Positions 8,302-16,800 of a stretch of 33,556 nucleotides of DNA are shown here, piece by piece. The notes below the pieces were generated by a model. The model did no database searches. It saw only the letters and a program-made list of their open reading frames with translations, and was not told where the DNA came from. The DNA is from an uncultured Ruminococcus sp. (GTDB taxonomy: Bacteria; Bacillota; Clostridia; Oscillospirales; CAG-272), in assembly GCA_902797495.1 (NCBI GenBank), contig CADBTH010000005.1:1-33556 (forward strand), given 5' to 3'. Position 1 is the first letter of the stretch, and each line of letters opens with the position of its first letter. The position numbers and the translations under genes were made by a program.

Positions 8302-10239
8302 ATGAAAAAAAGATTATTGAGTTTCTTTCTTGCCGCAGTTATGCTCGCATCTGCGCTTTTCATGACCGCGTGCGGTAAAGAAGAAGAGGAGGAAGAGATA
8401 ACGGAGATCGTTTTCCCCGCTACTCTGACTCTGTGGCTTCCTGCGGCTGAAGGCACCGAAGTAGACGACGAATCCGTCGTTTACGTCGAAAATGCCATAA
8501 ATGAATTCACACAGGCTAATTTCAAAACGGCTATCAAACTGAAAGTATTTCCCGCTGATCAGTACGACTCTTACGTTTTGTCCAAAATATATGAGCTGAA
8601 AGACGCTGAGGACAAGGCTGCCGCAAAAGCTGCTGAAGAGAGAAGAAAGAAGCGTGAAGCTAAGAAGAACGGTACGACTACTGCGGAAGAATCCGAATCC
8701 GCGGTCGATACGACGTCTCTTGACGAAACTTCGGAAGAAGCCGTCGATACTGTCGTTGACACCTCTGAAGCGGATACTGCGGCTCTTGAATCCGCAACGG
8801 ATACGGCTGCAGACGCTTCGTCCGAAGATACGGCAGAGCAGTCCGAAACCGCTTATCAGATCGAAAAGACAGATCCCGCGAAATATATTCTCCCCGCCGA
8901 CAGCGACGGAAAAAGACCGTACGACTACGAGTATAAGAACGCTTTTCTGAACTCTTCGCTCTTCACTTCGTATCCGCAGGTCGAAAGCGATCAGTTCGAT
9001 ATATTCCTTATTCACGGTTACGAGGAATTTCAGCTTCTGAACGGCGATTATCTTCTCTCGGATCTTACGTCCAACGTCGCAAACGAAAGTAAGATACTCC
9101 GTTCGTATATAAATCCCGCCTTCTTCCTCGGCGCAACCTATGAGAACGCTCTTTCCGTTATCCCGAACAACAGATGCGTAGGTAACGCGGAAGTTATGCT
9201 CATTAACAAGAAAGTTTGCGAAGAGTTGTCTTACGATCCCGCTTTGTTTACAAAGATCGACAGTATTTTCAATTACGACGAGACGGGCATTTCCTTCCTT
9301 GAAGACGTTATCAAGAATAAACCCGATATCATTCCCGTAGCGGGAGACTTCAAGATCCCGAACGTCAAGTATTTCAGCGAGACAGACGACGATACTTTCT
9401 CTCTCATCACCGCTCAGATAGACGTCGGAACGACTGAATTCACACCTTTCGTAAAGACGATCAAGAGCCCGTTCGAGCAGACATCATTCATCAACAACTA
9501 CAGAAGCTACAAGAGACTTCATCAGCTTGCAACCCCCGTAGATTTTGATTCCGCAGACGAGTTTGCAGTAGGATTCTACAACGGTTCTCTGGAAGACCTC
9601 AAAGATTACGAGGAAGATTATCAGTTCGTAGTCCTTCAGTATCCTCAGATGTCGAGAGACGACGCGTTTGAGACCGGATTCGCCGTCAGCGCTTACACGA
9701 AGAGCATGGAGCGTTCGATGGAGATCATTACCGCGATAAACACGAACACCGAGCTACGTACTATCCTTCAGTACGGCAAAGAAGGCGTAAACTGGAGATA
9801 TGATATGGAGGACGACAGTATAATCCGTATTCTCAACGACAAGTACAAGATGGATCTCAAAGAGACCGGTAACTCTTTCGTTACTTATCCTGCGGAAGGC
9901 ACTCCCATCAGCGCTTGGGATTCCGCTAAAAACAGTAACAAGATGCTTTATCTGCCTTATAGCTACGGCATGGTCAGCGTTACCGAGCAGACGGAACCCT
10001 TACTCAAGGATCTCTCCGCAAGATCTGCCGAATTCTATAACAGGATCCAGGCGATGTCTCTCGATGAGTTCAATGCAAATCTTACCGCTCTGAGAGACGA
10101 AGTCAAAGCTATTGAGTCTTACGACAAGCTGTCTTTCTACTTCGACGGTACTGATCCGAAGAAAGAAGAAGAGATGGATCCCGAAGAATCTCTGCCCATG
10201 ATCTTCAGAGATTACGCTACAAACATCAGAGGTTGGTGA
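8302..10239 (+). CDS. Lipoprotein resembling a large (LplA/LipO-type) family-1 ABC solute-binding protein, with a disordered charged insertion
   Basis: RBS AAGGAGG precedes the start. The signal peptide and lipobox read MKKRLLSFFLAAVMLASALFMTAC. SBP-like features are an N-terminal TLTLWLP...IKLKVFP segment and a C-lobe motif AVSAYTKSMERSMEIITAINTNTELRTILQYGKEGVNWRY. The function is inferred from motif resemblance only. Confidence 0.55.
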   Translation: MKKRLLSFFLAAVMLASALFMTACGKEEEEEEITEIVFPATLTLWLPAAEGTEVDDESVVYVENAINEFTQANFKTAIKLKVFPADQYDSYVLSKIYELKDAEDKAAAKAAEERRKKREAKKNGTTTAEESESAVDTTSLDETSEEAVDTVVDTSEADTAALESATDTAADASSEDTAEQSETAYQIEKTDPAKYILPADSDGKRPYDYEYKNAFLNSSLFTSYPQVESDQFDIFLIHGYEEFQLLNGDYLLSDLTSNVANESKILRSYINPAFFLGATYENALSVIPNNRCVGNAEVMLINKKVCEELSYDPALFTKIDSIFNYDETGISFLEDVIKNKPDIIPVAGDFKIPNVKYFSETDDDTFSLITAQIDVGTTEFTPFVKTIKSPFEQTSFINNYRSYKRLHQLATPVDFDSADEFAVGFYNGSLEDLKDYEEDYQFVVLQYPQMSRDDAFETGFAVSAYTKSMERSMEIITAINTNTELRTILQYGKEGVNWRYDMEDDSIIRILNDKYKMDLKETGNSFVTYPAEGTPISAWDSAKNSNKMLYLPYSYGMVSVTEQTEPLLKDLSARSAEFYNRIQAMSLDEFNANLTALRDEVKAIESYDKLSFYFDGTDPKKEEEMDPEESLPMIFRDYATNIRGW

Positions 10240-10249
10240 TCTTATTTTT

Positions 10250-10289
10250 CAGCGGGAAAAGCAACGCTTTTCCCGCTGTTCTTCTTTTA
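10250..10289 (+). terminator. Rho-independent terminator after the lipoprotein gene
   Basis: cagcgggaaaagc (10250-10262) pairs with gcttttcccgctg (10266-10278), followed by a T-rich tract ttcttctttt. Confidence 0.75.
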
Positions 10290-10314
10290 TACAGAACATT
10301 TTTCGATCAGGTAC

Positions 10315-10343
10315 TTTACAAACGTATTATTTTAATGTAAAAT
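10315..10343 (+). promoter_or_regulatory. Putative promoter of pyrH-frr
   Basis: TTTACA (10315-10320), a 17-nt spacer, then TAAAAT (10338-10343), 28 nt upstream of ATG 10372. Confidence 0.45.
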
Positions 10344-10371
10344 AATATATATTATAAATAACGGAGTTAAT

Positions 10372-11082
10372 ATGGCTGATAAAATACCTTATAAGAGAGT
10401 CTTACTTAAACTGTCCGGCGAAGCTCTTGCCAAGGACACCGACGAGATATTCAACCACGATTACATGGAGTGCGTTGCCTCGGTCATAAAAAAGTGCTGC
10501 GACGCCGGAGTGCAGGTAGCGATCATTATCGGTGCGGGCAACATCTGGCGCGGCAGAAGCGGCGGAGATATGGACAGAACGAGAGCGGACAATATCGGCA
10601 TGCTGGCGACTTGCATGAATTCGATCGCTTTTCAGGACGCTCTGAGCAAGACCGGTATTGACGCGAGAGTTATGAGCGCCGTGCAGATGGATAAGTTCGC
10701 GGAGCTTTATACGGCAGAAAAGGCGAGACGTCACCTTGAAAAAGGAAGAGTAGTGATATTCGCCTGCGGTCTCGGCTCACCGTATTTTTCAACCGATACG
10801 CCCGCCGTTATTCGCGCTATGGAGATAAACGCTGACGCCCTTCTTCTTGCTAAGAATATCGACTATTTATATTCCGCGGACCCGAGACTCGATCCGACGG
10901 CGACAAAGATCGAAGAGACGACTTACACGGAGATCATAGACAAGAGACTTAAGGCGATCGATATGACCGCGTCGGTCCTTGCGGAAAGCGGACACGTTCC
11001 CGCCGTTATGTTCGGACTCGACGAGCCCGAAAAGATCTACAGAGCCGTCATGGGAGAAAAACTCGGAACGATTGTCAGATAA
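10372..11082 (+). CDS. pyrH: UMP kinase
   Basis: KRVLLKLSGEAL and GAGNIWRG motifs are present, the length is 236 aa, and the gene sits immediately upstream of frr. Confidence 0.95.
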   Translation: MADKIPYKRVLLKLSGEALAKDTDEIFNHDYMECVASVIKKCCDAGVQVAIIIGAGNIWRGRSGGDMDRTRADNIGMLATCMNSIAFQDALSKTGIDARVMSAVQMDKFAELYTAEKARRHLEKGRVVIFACGLGSPYFSTDTPAVIRAMEINADALLLAKNIDYLYSADPRLDPTATKIEETTYTEIIDKRLKAIDMTASVLAESGHVPAVMFGLDEPEKIYRAVMGEKLGTIVR

Positions 11083-11149
11083 AAGTTTAGTCTGAACGGG
11101 CGAAGCCCGTACGTCATAATAAATTTGAATTTGAAAAGGAGATTTTAAT

Positions 11150-11704
11150 ATGAAGATCGAAACCGCTCCGTACGAAGAGAGAATGAAAAAATCCGTTGCC
11201 GTATATCGCGAGAGCCTTACCGTTATCAGAGCAGGCAGAGCTAATACCGCCGTTCTGAAGGGTATCGAGGTCTCGTACTACGGTACGCCTACGCCTATCA
11301 ACCAAATGGCTGAGATCAAGGCTACAGACCCCAGAACTCTTGCGATCACTCCCTGGGATATGACTACTCTCAAAGATATTGAAAAAGCGATCCTCGCGTC
11401 CGACGTAGGTATCACTCCCGTGAACGACGGCAAAACCATCCGTCTTGCTTTTCCTCAGCTCACAGAGGAAAGAAGAAAAGAGCTCTCCAAGCAGATCTCC
11501 AAAATGGGCGAAGAGGCAAAAGTCGCGATCAGGAACATCCGCAGAGACGCGAACGACAAGATCAAGGAAATGAAGAAAAACAGCGAGATCAACGAGGACG
11601 AACAGAAACAGTCTGAAAAACTCACTCAGGATCTCACGGACAAGTATATCAAAGAGATCGATAAGGTGACCGAAGAAAAAGAAAAGGAGATCATGGAGAT
11701 CTGA
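11150..11704 (+). CDS. frr: Ribosome recycling factor
   Basis: [34 protein letters not shown] and LTEERRKEL motifs are present. Length is 184 aa. RBS AAAGGAG precedes the start. Confidence 0.95.
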   Translation: MKIETAPYEERMKKSVAVYRESLTVIRAGRANTAVLKGIEVSYYGTPTPINQMAEIKATDPRTLAITPWDMTTLKDIEKAILASDVGITPVNDGKTIRLAFPQLTEERRKELSKQISKMGEEAKVAIRNIRRDANDKIKEMKKNSEINEDEQKQSEKLTQDLTDKYIKEIDKVTEEKEKEIMEI

Positions 11705-11718
11705 TCTGTGATCAAAGT

Positions 11719-11766
11719 CCGGGCCCCTGCCGGCTTCAAGGAGCTTCCGGGGCCCGGCTTTTTTCT
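11719..11766 (+). terminator. Rho-independent terminator after frr
   Basis: GC-rich stem ccgggcccc (11719-11727) pairs with ggggcccgg (11749-11757), followed by cTTTTTT. Confidence 0.8.
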
Positions 11767-11805
11767 GTGAAATAACGTTTTCTTATCGTTAAGACGGAGA
11801 TTATC

Positions 11806-12561
11806 ATGCTATTTAAAAAGAAACAGAAGAATAAGACTGAAACCGAAAACGTCGATATTAAAGAGGTCGTTGAGAACTCGGGACTCACTCATATTGCGTT
11901 CATTATGGATGGAAACGGCCGTTGGGCTAAGAGAAGGTCTCTTCCGAGGGAAGCGGGTCACAAAGTCGGAGCCGCTACTTTCAAAAAGGTAGTTAAATAC
12001 TGCAGCGATATTGGTATCGATACGATCACGGTTTACGCTTTTTCCACGGAAAACTGGTCGAGGCCGAAACGCGAAGTAGACGCTCTGATGAGACTGCTCG
12101 ACGAATATATAAAGACCGCAAACGATGAAGACGAAGAGAACCGCGTAAAGTATATCTTTCTCGGCGATAAAGAAGCGCTCGGCGAAGAACTCAAATCCAA
12201 GTGCCTGCAACTCGAAGAGTTTACGGCTCATTACAAGAAGACGCTTAACGTTGCGCTGAATTACGGCGGCAGAGCGGAGATAGTCCATGCGGTGAACGAG
12301 GCGCTGAAATCAGGTAAAACGGAGATCTGCGAAGACGATATCAGCGCGAATCTGTATACCGCGAATTCTCCCGATCCCGATCTTATCGTAAGAACCGCCG
12401 GAGAGGTAAGACTCTCCAACTTCCTCATGTGGCAGTCCGCATACAGTGAATTCTATTTTACCGACGTACTATGGCCCGATATGTCGCCTGAAGAGGTCAA
12501 CAAGGCTATTATTGATTTTTCAAAAAGAAAACGGAACTTCGGAGGTGTAAAAAATGCTTAA
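11806..12561 (+). CDS. uppS: Undecaprenyl (isoprenyl) diphosphate synthase
   Basis: HIAFIMDGNGRWAK, FSTENWSRP and RTAGEVRLSNFLMWQSAYSEFYF are present. RBS GACGGAG precedes the start. Confidence 0.95.
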   Translation: MLFKKKQKNKTETENVDIKEVVENSGLTHIAFIMDGNGRWAKRRSLPREAGHKVGAATFKKVVKYCSDIGIDTITVYAFSTENWSRPKREVDALMRLLDEYIKTANDEDEENRVKYIFLGDKEALGEELKSKCLQLEEFTAHYKKTLNVALNYGGRAEIVHAVNEALKSGKTEICEDDISANLYTANSPDPDLIVRTAGEVRLSNFLMWQSAYSEFYFTDVLWPDMSPEEVNKAIIDFSKRKRNFGGVKNA

Positions 12562-13396
12562 GCGTACTATCACAGGCGCCATTCTCGTTTTGATCGCGGT
12601 GCCTTTCGTGATCTTTTCCGGCACTTACGCGCTTCCGGTTTTTCTGTCGTTACTCAGCGTCGTCGGAACTTATGAAATGCTCAAATGTCTCGGCACGATA
12701 AAGAATCCTTTGATTACCGCTCCCGTGATGATCGCGGCGGCTGCTTTGCCTATACTTGCAAAGTTTATAACGGAAGCGAGAGACATTAATTATTACACCG
12801 CGACTTTTCTCGGCATAATGATGGTCGCTCTTTTCCTCATGCTCGCCGCCGGCGTTTTCTCAAAAAGGACCGACGTCGTCGATTCCGCGACTACTTTTTC
12901 GCTTTGTCTTTACGTCATAACAGGATTCGTTGCGATCGAACTTCTCAGACTTGAAAAGAACGGACAGTATTATTTTCTGATTCCGGTAGTAGGTCCGCTC
13001 ATATGCGATATTTTCGCATATCTCACGGGAAGACTTTTCGGACGGCACAAGCTTATTCCGAGCGTCAGCCCCAAAAAGACGGTTGAAGGAGCCATCGGCG
13101 GAACTTTCTTCTGCACGCTTTTCTGCACGGTCTACGGGATCATTCTTACCCATGCGATGAAGATAAAACTGATCCTTCCAATATGGACATTCGTTGCAGG
13201 CGGGATTCTGATAGCGGTCGTATCTCAGATCGGAGACCTTATCGCGTCTCTTATCAAGCGTAAATACGGGATAAAGGACTACGGCAATATTCTGCCGGGA
13301 CACGGCGGGATCGTTGACAGATTCGACAGCGTTATCCCTACAGCTCCGCTTTTCCTTTTGCTGATGATATTCTTTAAGAACATCGTATTCAAATAA
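12554..13396 (+). CDS. cdsA: Phosphatidate cytidylyltransferase (CDP-diglyceride synthase)
   Basis: The protein is polytopic and hydrophobic, with SPKKTVEGAIGG and GDLIASLIKRKYGIKDYGNILPGHGGIVDRFDS. It overlaps the uppS stop by 8 nt. Confidence 0.9.
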   Translation: MLKRTITGAILVLIAVPFVIFSGTYALPVFLSLLSVVGTYEMLKCLGTIKNPLITAPVMIAAAALPILAKFITEARDINYYTATFLGIMMVALFLMLAAGVFSKRTDVVDSATTFSLCLYVITGFVAIELLRLEKNGQYYFLIPVVGPLICDIFAYLTGRLFGRHKLIPSVSPKKTVEGAIGGTFFCTLFCTVYGIILTHAMKIKLILPIWTFVAGGILIAVVSQIGDLIASLIKRKYGIKDYGNILPGHGGIVDRFDSVIPTAPLFLLLMIFFKNIVFK

Positions 13397-13419
13397 TAAT
13401 TGACCTCCGAGGTATTAAT

Positions 13420-14607
13420 ATGCAAAAAAACGTTGCCGTGCTTGGCAGCACCGGCTCCGTAGGGAGACAGGCGATCGACTCGATCGAATCCTCCGGCATG
13501 AACATAGTTCTGCTCACCGGAGGCAGGAATATCGCGCTTCTCGCCGAGCAGGTGAGGAAGACTCACGCTCCGGTATGCGCTGTTCCTGACGTTGAGCTCG
13601 CATCCGATCTGCGAGTGTTGCTTTCGGATACCGAAGTTCGCGTTTACGGAGGACCCGATGCGGTTTGTAAATGCGTCGAAGAATGCGGCGCTGACGTATT
13701 CGTTCATTCGATATCGGGAATGGCAGGGATACCGTCAGCACTTGCAGCTTCAAAGTCCGGCGGCCGTCTTGCGATCGCTAATAAAGAATCGATCATATCT
13801 GTCGGCGGCATCATTTTCGATAACGTCAGAAATTGCGGCGGCGAGCTGATCCCCGTCGACAGTGAACACAGCGCTATATTTCAATGCCTGCTGACCTCAG
13901 GCGCGATCGACGCGCGTGGATACGCCGCGCCTGATATGGTAAAGCGAATATTGCTGACCGCATCAGGCGGCCCGTTCTTCGGGAAAAAAAGAGAAGAACT
14001 CGATTCTGTAACTCCCGCAATGGCGCTTGCGCATCCGACGTGGAAGATGGGACCGAAGATAACTATCGACTGCTCAACTCTAATGAACAAAGGCTTTGAG
14101 ATCATTGAAGCGGCGAGACTGTTCGGTATTCATCCCGACAGGATAGAAGTGCTCGTTCACAGACAGAGTATAATTCACTCGATGGTCGAATACATTGATA
14201 ATATGGTCATAGCTCAGCTCGGCTCACCCGATATGAGGCATTGTATCAGGTACGCGCTGTCATATCCCGAAAGAATGAAAATCGACGAAATGGGACTCGA
14301 TTTCTTCTCGCTGGAGAAACTGACCTTTGACAGACCCGATACCGAAACTTTCCCGCTTCTTGACGCGGCACGAAGAGCTTATAAGATGGGAACGACAGCC
14401 CCCGCCGCGCTGATCGCGTCGGACGAGGAAGCAGTCGGGGCGTTTTTATCCGGGCAAATAGGTTATAATTCAATATCGGACGTCGTGTGTGAAACGATCG
14501 AACGCTTCAAACCTCACGACGAATGTACCGTGGAGAACGTTTACGACGCAGACAGATCGGCGAGAGCCATCGCTCGCGGCGTTATTGAAAAGTATAAATT
14601 ATTCTGA
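13420..14607 (+). CDS. dxr: 1-deoxy-D-xylulose 5-phosphate reductoisomerase
   Basis: VAVLGSTGSVG, LANKES, VDSEHSAIFQC and HPTWKMGPKITIDCSTLMNKGFE are present. Confidence 0.95.
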   Translation: MQKNVAVLGSTGSVGRQAIDSIESSGMNIVLLTGGRNIALLAEQVRKTHAPVCAVPDVELASDLRVLLSDTEVRVYGGPDAVCKCVEECGADVFVHSISGMAGIPSALAASKSGGRLAIANKESIISVGGIIFDNVRNCGGELIPVDSEHSAIFQCLLTSGAIDARGYAAPDMVKRILLTASGGPFFGKKREELDSVTPAMALAHPTWKMGPKITIDCSTLMNKGFEIIEAARLFGIHPDRIEVLVHRQSIIHSMVEYIDNMVIAQLGSPDMRHCIRYALSYPERMKIDEMGLDFFSLEKLTFDRPDTETFPLLDAARRAYKMGTTAPAALIASDEEAVGAFLSGQIGYNSISDVVCETIERFKPHDECTVENVYDADRSARAIARGVIEKYKLF

Positions 14608-15682
14608 TTCGACGGGATGTGATAGTATTACTGTTTTATATATAATTCTTGCGATATTTCTTTTCGGCTTTCTGATCTTTATTCATGAGGGCGGTCATTT
14701 CCTGATGGCGAGACTCTTCAAAGTAACTATCAAAGAGTTTTCGATCGGGATGGGTCCCAGAATCCTTAAGAAAGAATCGAAAAAAAACGGCATCGAGTAC
14801 TCTCTCAGAGCTTTTCCCATAGGCGGGTTCGTCAGCATGGAAGGCGAGGATGAAGAATCCGAAGACGAGAATGCTTTTCATAAAAAGAAGGTCTGGCAGA
14901 GATTTTTGATCACGGCTGCCGGCCCCGTGGTAAATATACTTTTCGGCGTGATCGTTATGTTCGTATATATTGCAACCTCCCCTCAGCTCGGTTCTACGGT
15001 CGTATCTTATTTTCCCGAGGAGACTTGCGTTTCGGTTGAGAGCGGTCTCGAGCTCGGCGACAGAATTGTTGAAGTCGACGGCCATTCAGTCCACATATAC
15101 AGCGAAATGTCGTATGAGATCATGCGCCGCGGTATAGAGCCTGTAGATCTGACGGTTGAAAGAGACGGAAAGACCGTCATTCTTCCGGACGTTGTTTTTC
15201 CGACTTTCGAGGAAAGCGGAACTGAATTTGCTCAAATTGATTTTGCCGTCGCGCCTCTTGAAAAAAACGTAGGCAACGTAATGAAAGAATCGTTTTACGA
15301 GTCTGTCAACACAGTCAAAATGATATGGCAGTCTCTGTATGACCTCATAAGAGGCAGATACGGTATCGGTGCGGTCTCGGGCCCCGTTGGAGTCACCAAG
15401 GCTCTCGTAGAAGTGGGAACGAACAGTAAAGGATCGAAACTGTCAAATTTCATGAACTTCCTTTATCTCGGCGCTGTCATCAGCGTTAATCTGGGAGTTA
15501 TGAATCTGCTGCCGCTGCCTGCGCTTGACGGAGGAAGGATCATATTCCTCTTGATCGAGGCGGTCAGACGAAAACCTATGAAAATAGAGGTCGAGGGTTA
15601 TATCAATTTTGCGGGACTCGTCATACTGCTTCTGTTTTCGGCGTTTATCATTTGCAAGGACGTAATCGGTCTTTTCACATAA
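14489..15682 (+). CDS. rseP: RIP zinc metalloprotease RseP/RasP (site-2 protease, M50); start uncertain
   Basis: The HEGGH zinc motif sits in the first TM helix, a PDZ-like middle region (GDRIVEVDG) is present, and the C-terminal motif is NLLPLPALDGG. The only canonical in-frame start is GTG 14489, which overlaps dxr by 119 nt. See the finding on this start. Confidence 0.85.
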   Translation: MKRSNASNLTTNVPWRTFTTQTDRREPSLAALLKSINYSDSTGCDSITVLYIILAIFLFGFLIFIHEGGHFLMARLFKVTIKEFSIGMGPRILKKESKKNGIEYSLRAFPIGGFVSMEGEDEESEDENAFHKKKVWQRFLITAAGPVVNILFGVIVMFVYIATSPQLGSTVVSYFPEETCVSVESGLELGDRIVEVDGHSVHIYSEMSYEIMRRGIEPVDLTVERDGKTVILPDVVFPTFEESGTEFAQIDFAVAPLEKNVGNVMKESFYESVNTVKMIWQSLYDLIRGRYGIGAVSGPVGVTKALVEVGTNSKGSKLSNFMNFLYLGAVISVNLGVMNLLPLPALDGGRIIFLLIEAVRRKPMKIEVEGYINFAGLVILLLFSAFIICKDVIGLFT

Positions 15683-15706
15683 GTATTTAAAAAACGGAGA
15701 ATTACA

Positions 15707-16783
15707 ATGTCGGCTGTAAGAAAAAATACCAAGAAAATCAGAGTGGGCTCGATCTGTATCGGCGGAGGAGCGCCGATTTCCGTTCAAACGATGATCAATG
15801 TAGATCCTCATGATTTTGAAGCCGTAGTCGCTCAGGTCAGAAAAGTTAAAGAAGCCGGCGCTGATATTGTCAGAATGACGGTACCCGATGAGGAGTCCGC
15901 GGCCGTTTTCTCAATAATAAAAAAAGAAAAGATCGACATTCCCCTCGTCGCCGACGTACATTTCGATTATAAAACCGCTATTGCGGCAGCGATGAGCGGA
16001 GCGGATAAAATCAGGATAAACCCCGGTAACATCGGAGCGGAATGGAAAGTCAAGGAGGTAGCGTCTACCTGTTTGACTTTAGGTATTCCGATCAGGATAG
16101 GCGTGAATTCAGGTTCTCTCGATAAGAAGATCCTTCAGAAATACGGAAGCCCCTGCGCCGAAGCTCTTGCGGAAAGCGCGTTGACGCAGGCGGATATGCT
16201 TGAAAAGTTCGGCTTTTCCGATATCGTCATATCCATTAAGTCTTCCGATATCCGCACTATGTCGGAAGCTTCAAGGATCGTTTCAAACGATTCCGATTAT
16301 CCTTTGCATCTCGGTATTACCGAAGCGGGAGACGAATACGCCGGTATTATTAAGAGTTCAGTCGGTATAGGATCGCTCCTGCTCGACGGCATCGGAGATA
16401 CTATCAGAGTATCGCTCACCGCAGATCCCGTAAAAGAAGTCAGAGCCGGAAAAGAAATACTCAATTCACTCGGACTGTCCAAAGGCGGAGTAAACATTAT
16501 TTCTTGCCCGACCTGCGGCAGGACAAAGATCGATATTATAGGGATCACTTCCGTGTTCAGAGAATTCGCCGACACCGTCGATACGAAGGGTAAAAGAGTG
16601 AACGTCGCCATTATGGGATGCGTTGTTAACGGCCCCGGCGAAGCGAGAGAAGCGGATTTCGGTATTGCCGGAGGCGATGGATTCGCCGTCCTCTTCAAGA
16701 AAGGCGAAACTGTCGGACGTGTCGAGGAGAATGAAATACTCGAAACGCTGAAAAAAGAGACTTTAAACTTCATCAACGATTAA
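15707..16783 (+). CDS. ispG: 4-hydroxy-3-methylbut-2-en-1-yl diphosphate synthase
   Basis: RVGSICIGGGAPISVQTM, ISCPTCGRT and GCVVNGPGE (Fe-S cysteines) are present. Confidence 0.95.
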   Translation: MSAVRKNTKKIRVGSICIGGGAPISVQTMINVDPHDFEAVVAQVRKVKEAGADIVRMTVPDEESAAVFSIIKKEKIDIPLVADVHFDYKTAIAAAMSGADKIRINPGNIGAEWKVKEVASTCLTLGIPIRIGVNSGSLDKKILQKYGSPCAEALAESALTQADMLEKFGFSDIVISIKSSDIRTMSEASRIVSNDSDYPLHLGITEAGDEYAGIIKSSVGIGSLLLDGIGDTIRVSLTADPVKEVRAGKEILNSLGLSKGGVNIISCPTCGRTKIDIIGITSVFREFADTVDTKGKRVNVAIMGCVVNGPGEAREADFGIAGGDGFAVLFKKGETVGRVEENEILETLKKETLNFIND

Positions 16784-16800
16784 TTCACGGAGGTATATTA

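Noticed and set aside
8314-9015. Minus-strand 233-aa ORF and plus-strand 98-aa Arg/Lys-rich ORF (8654-8950) within the lipoprotein gene
   Set aside because: They overlap the low-complexity acidic insertion, where alternative frames stay open for compositional reasons. They have no start context, and the lipoprotein frame has an RBS, signal peptide and lipobox.
14616-14621. ATG 14616 and GTG 14619 as possible rseP starts just after dxr
   Set aside because: Both are out of frame with the HEGGH-containing ORF and hit stops within 1-8 codons.
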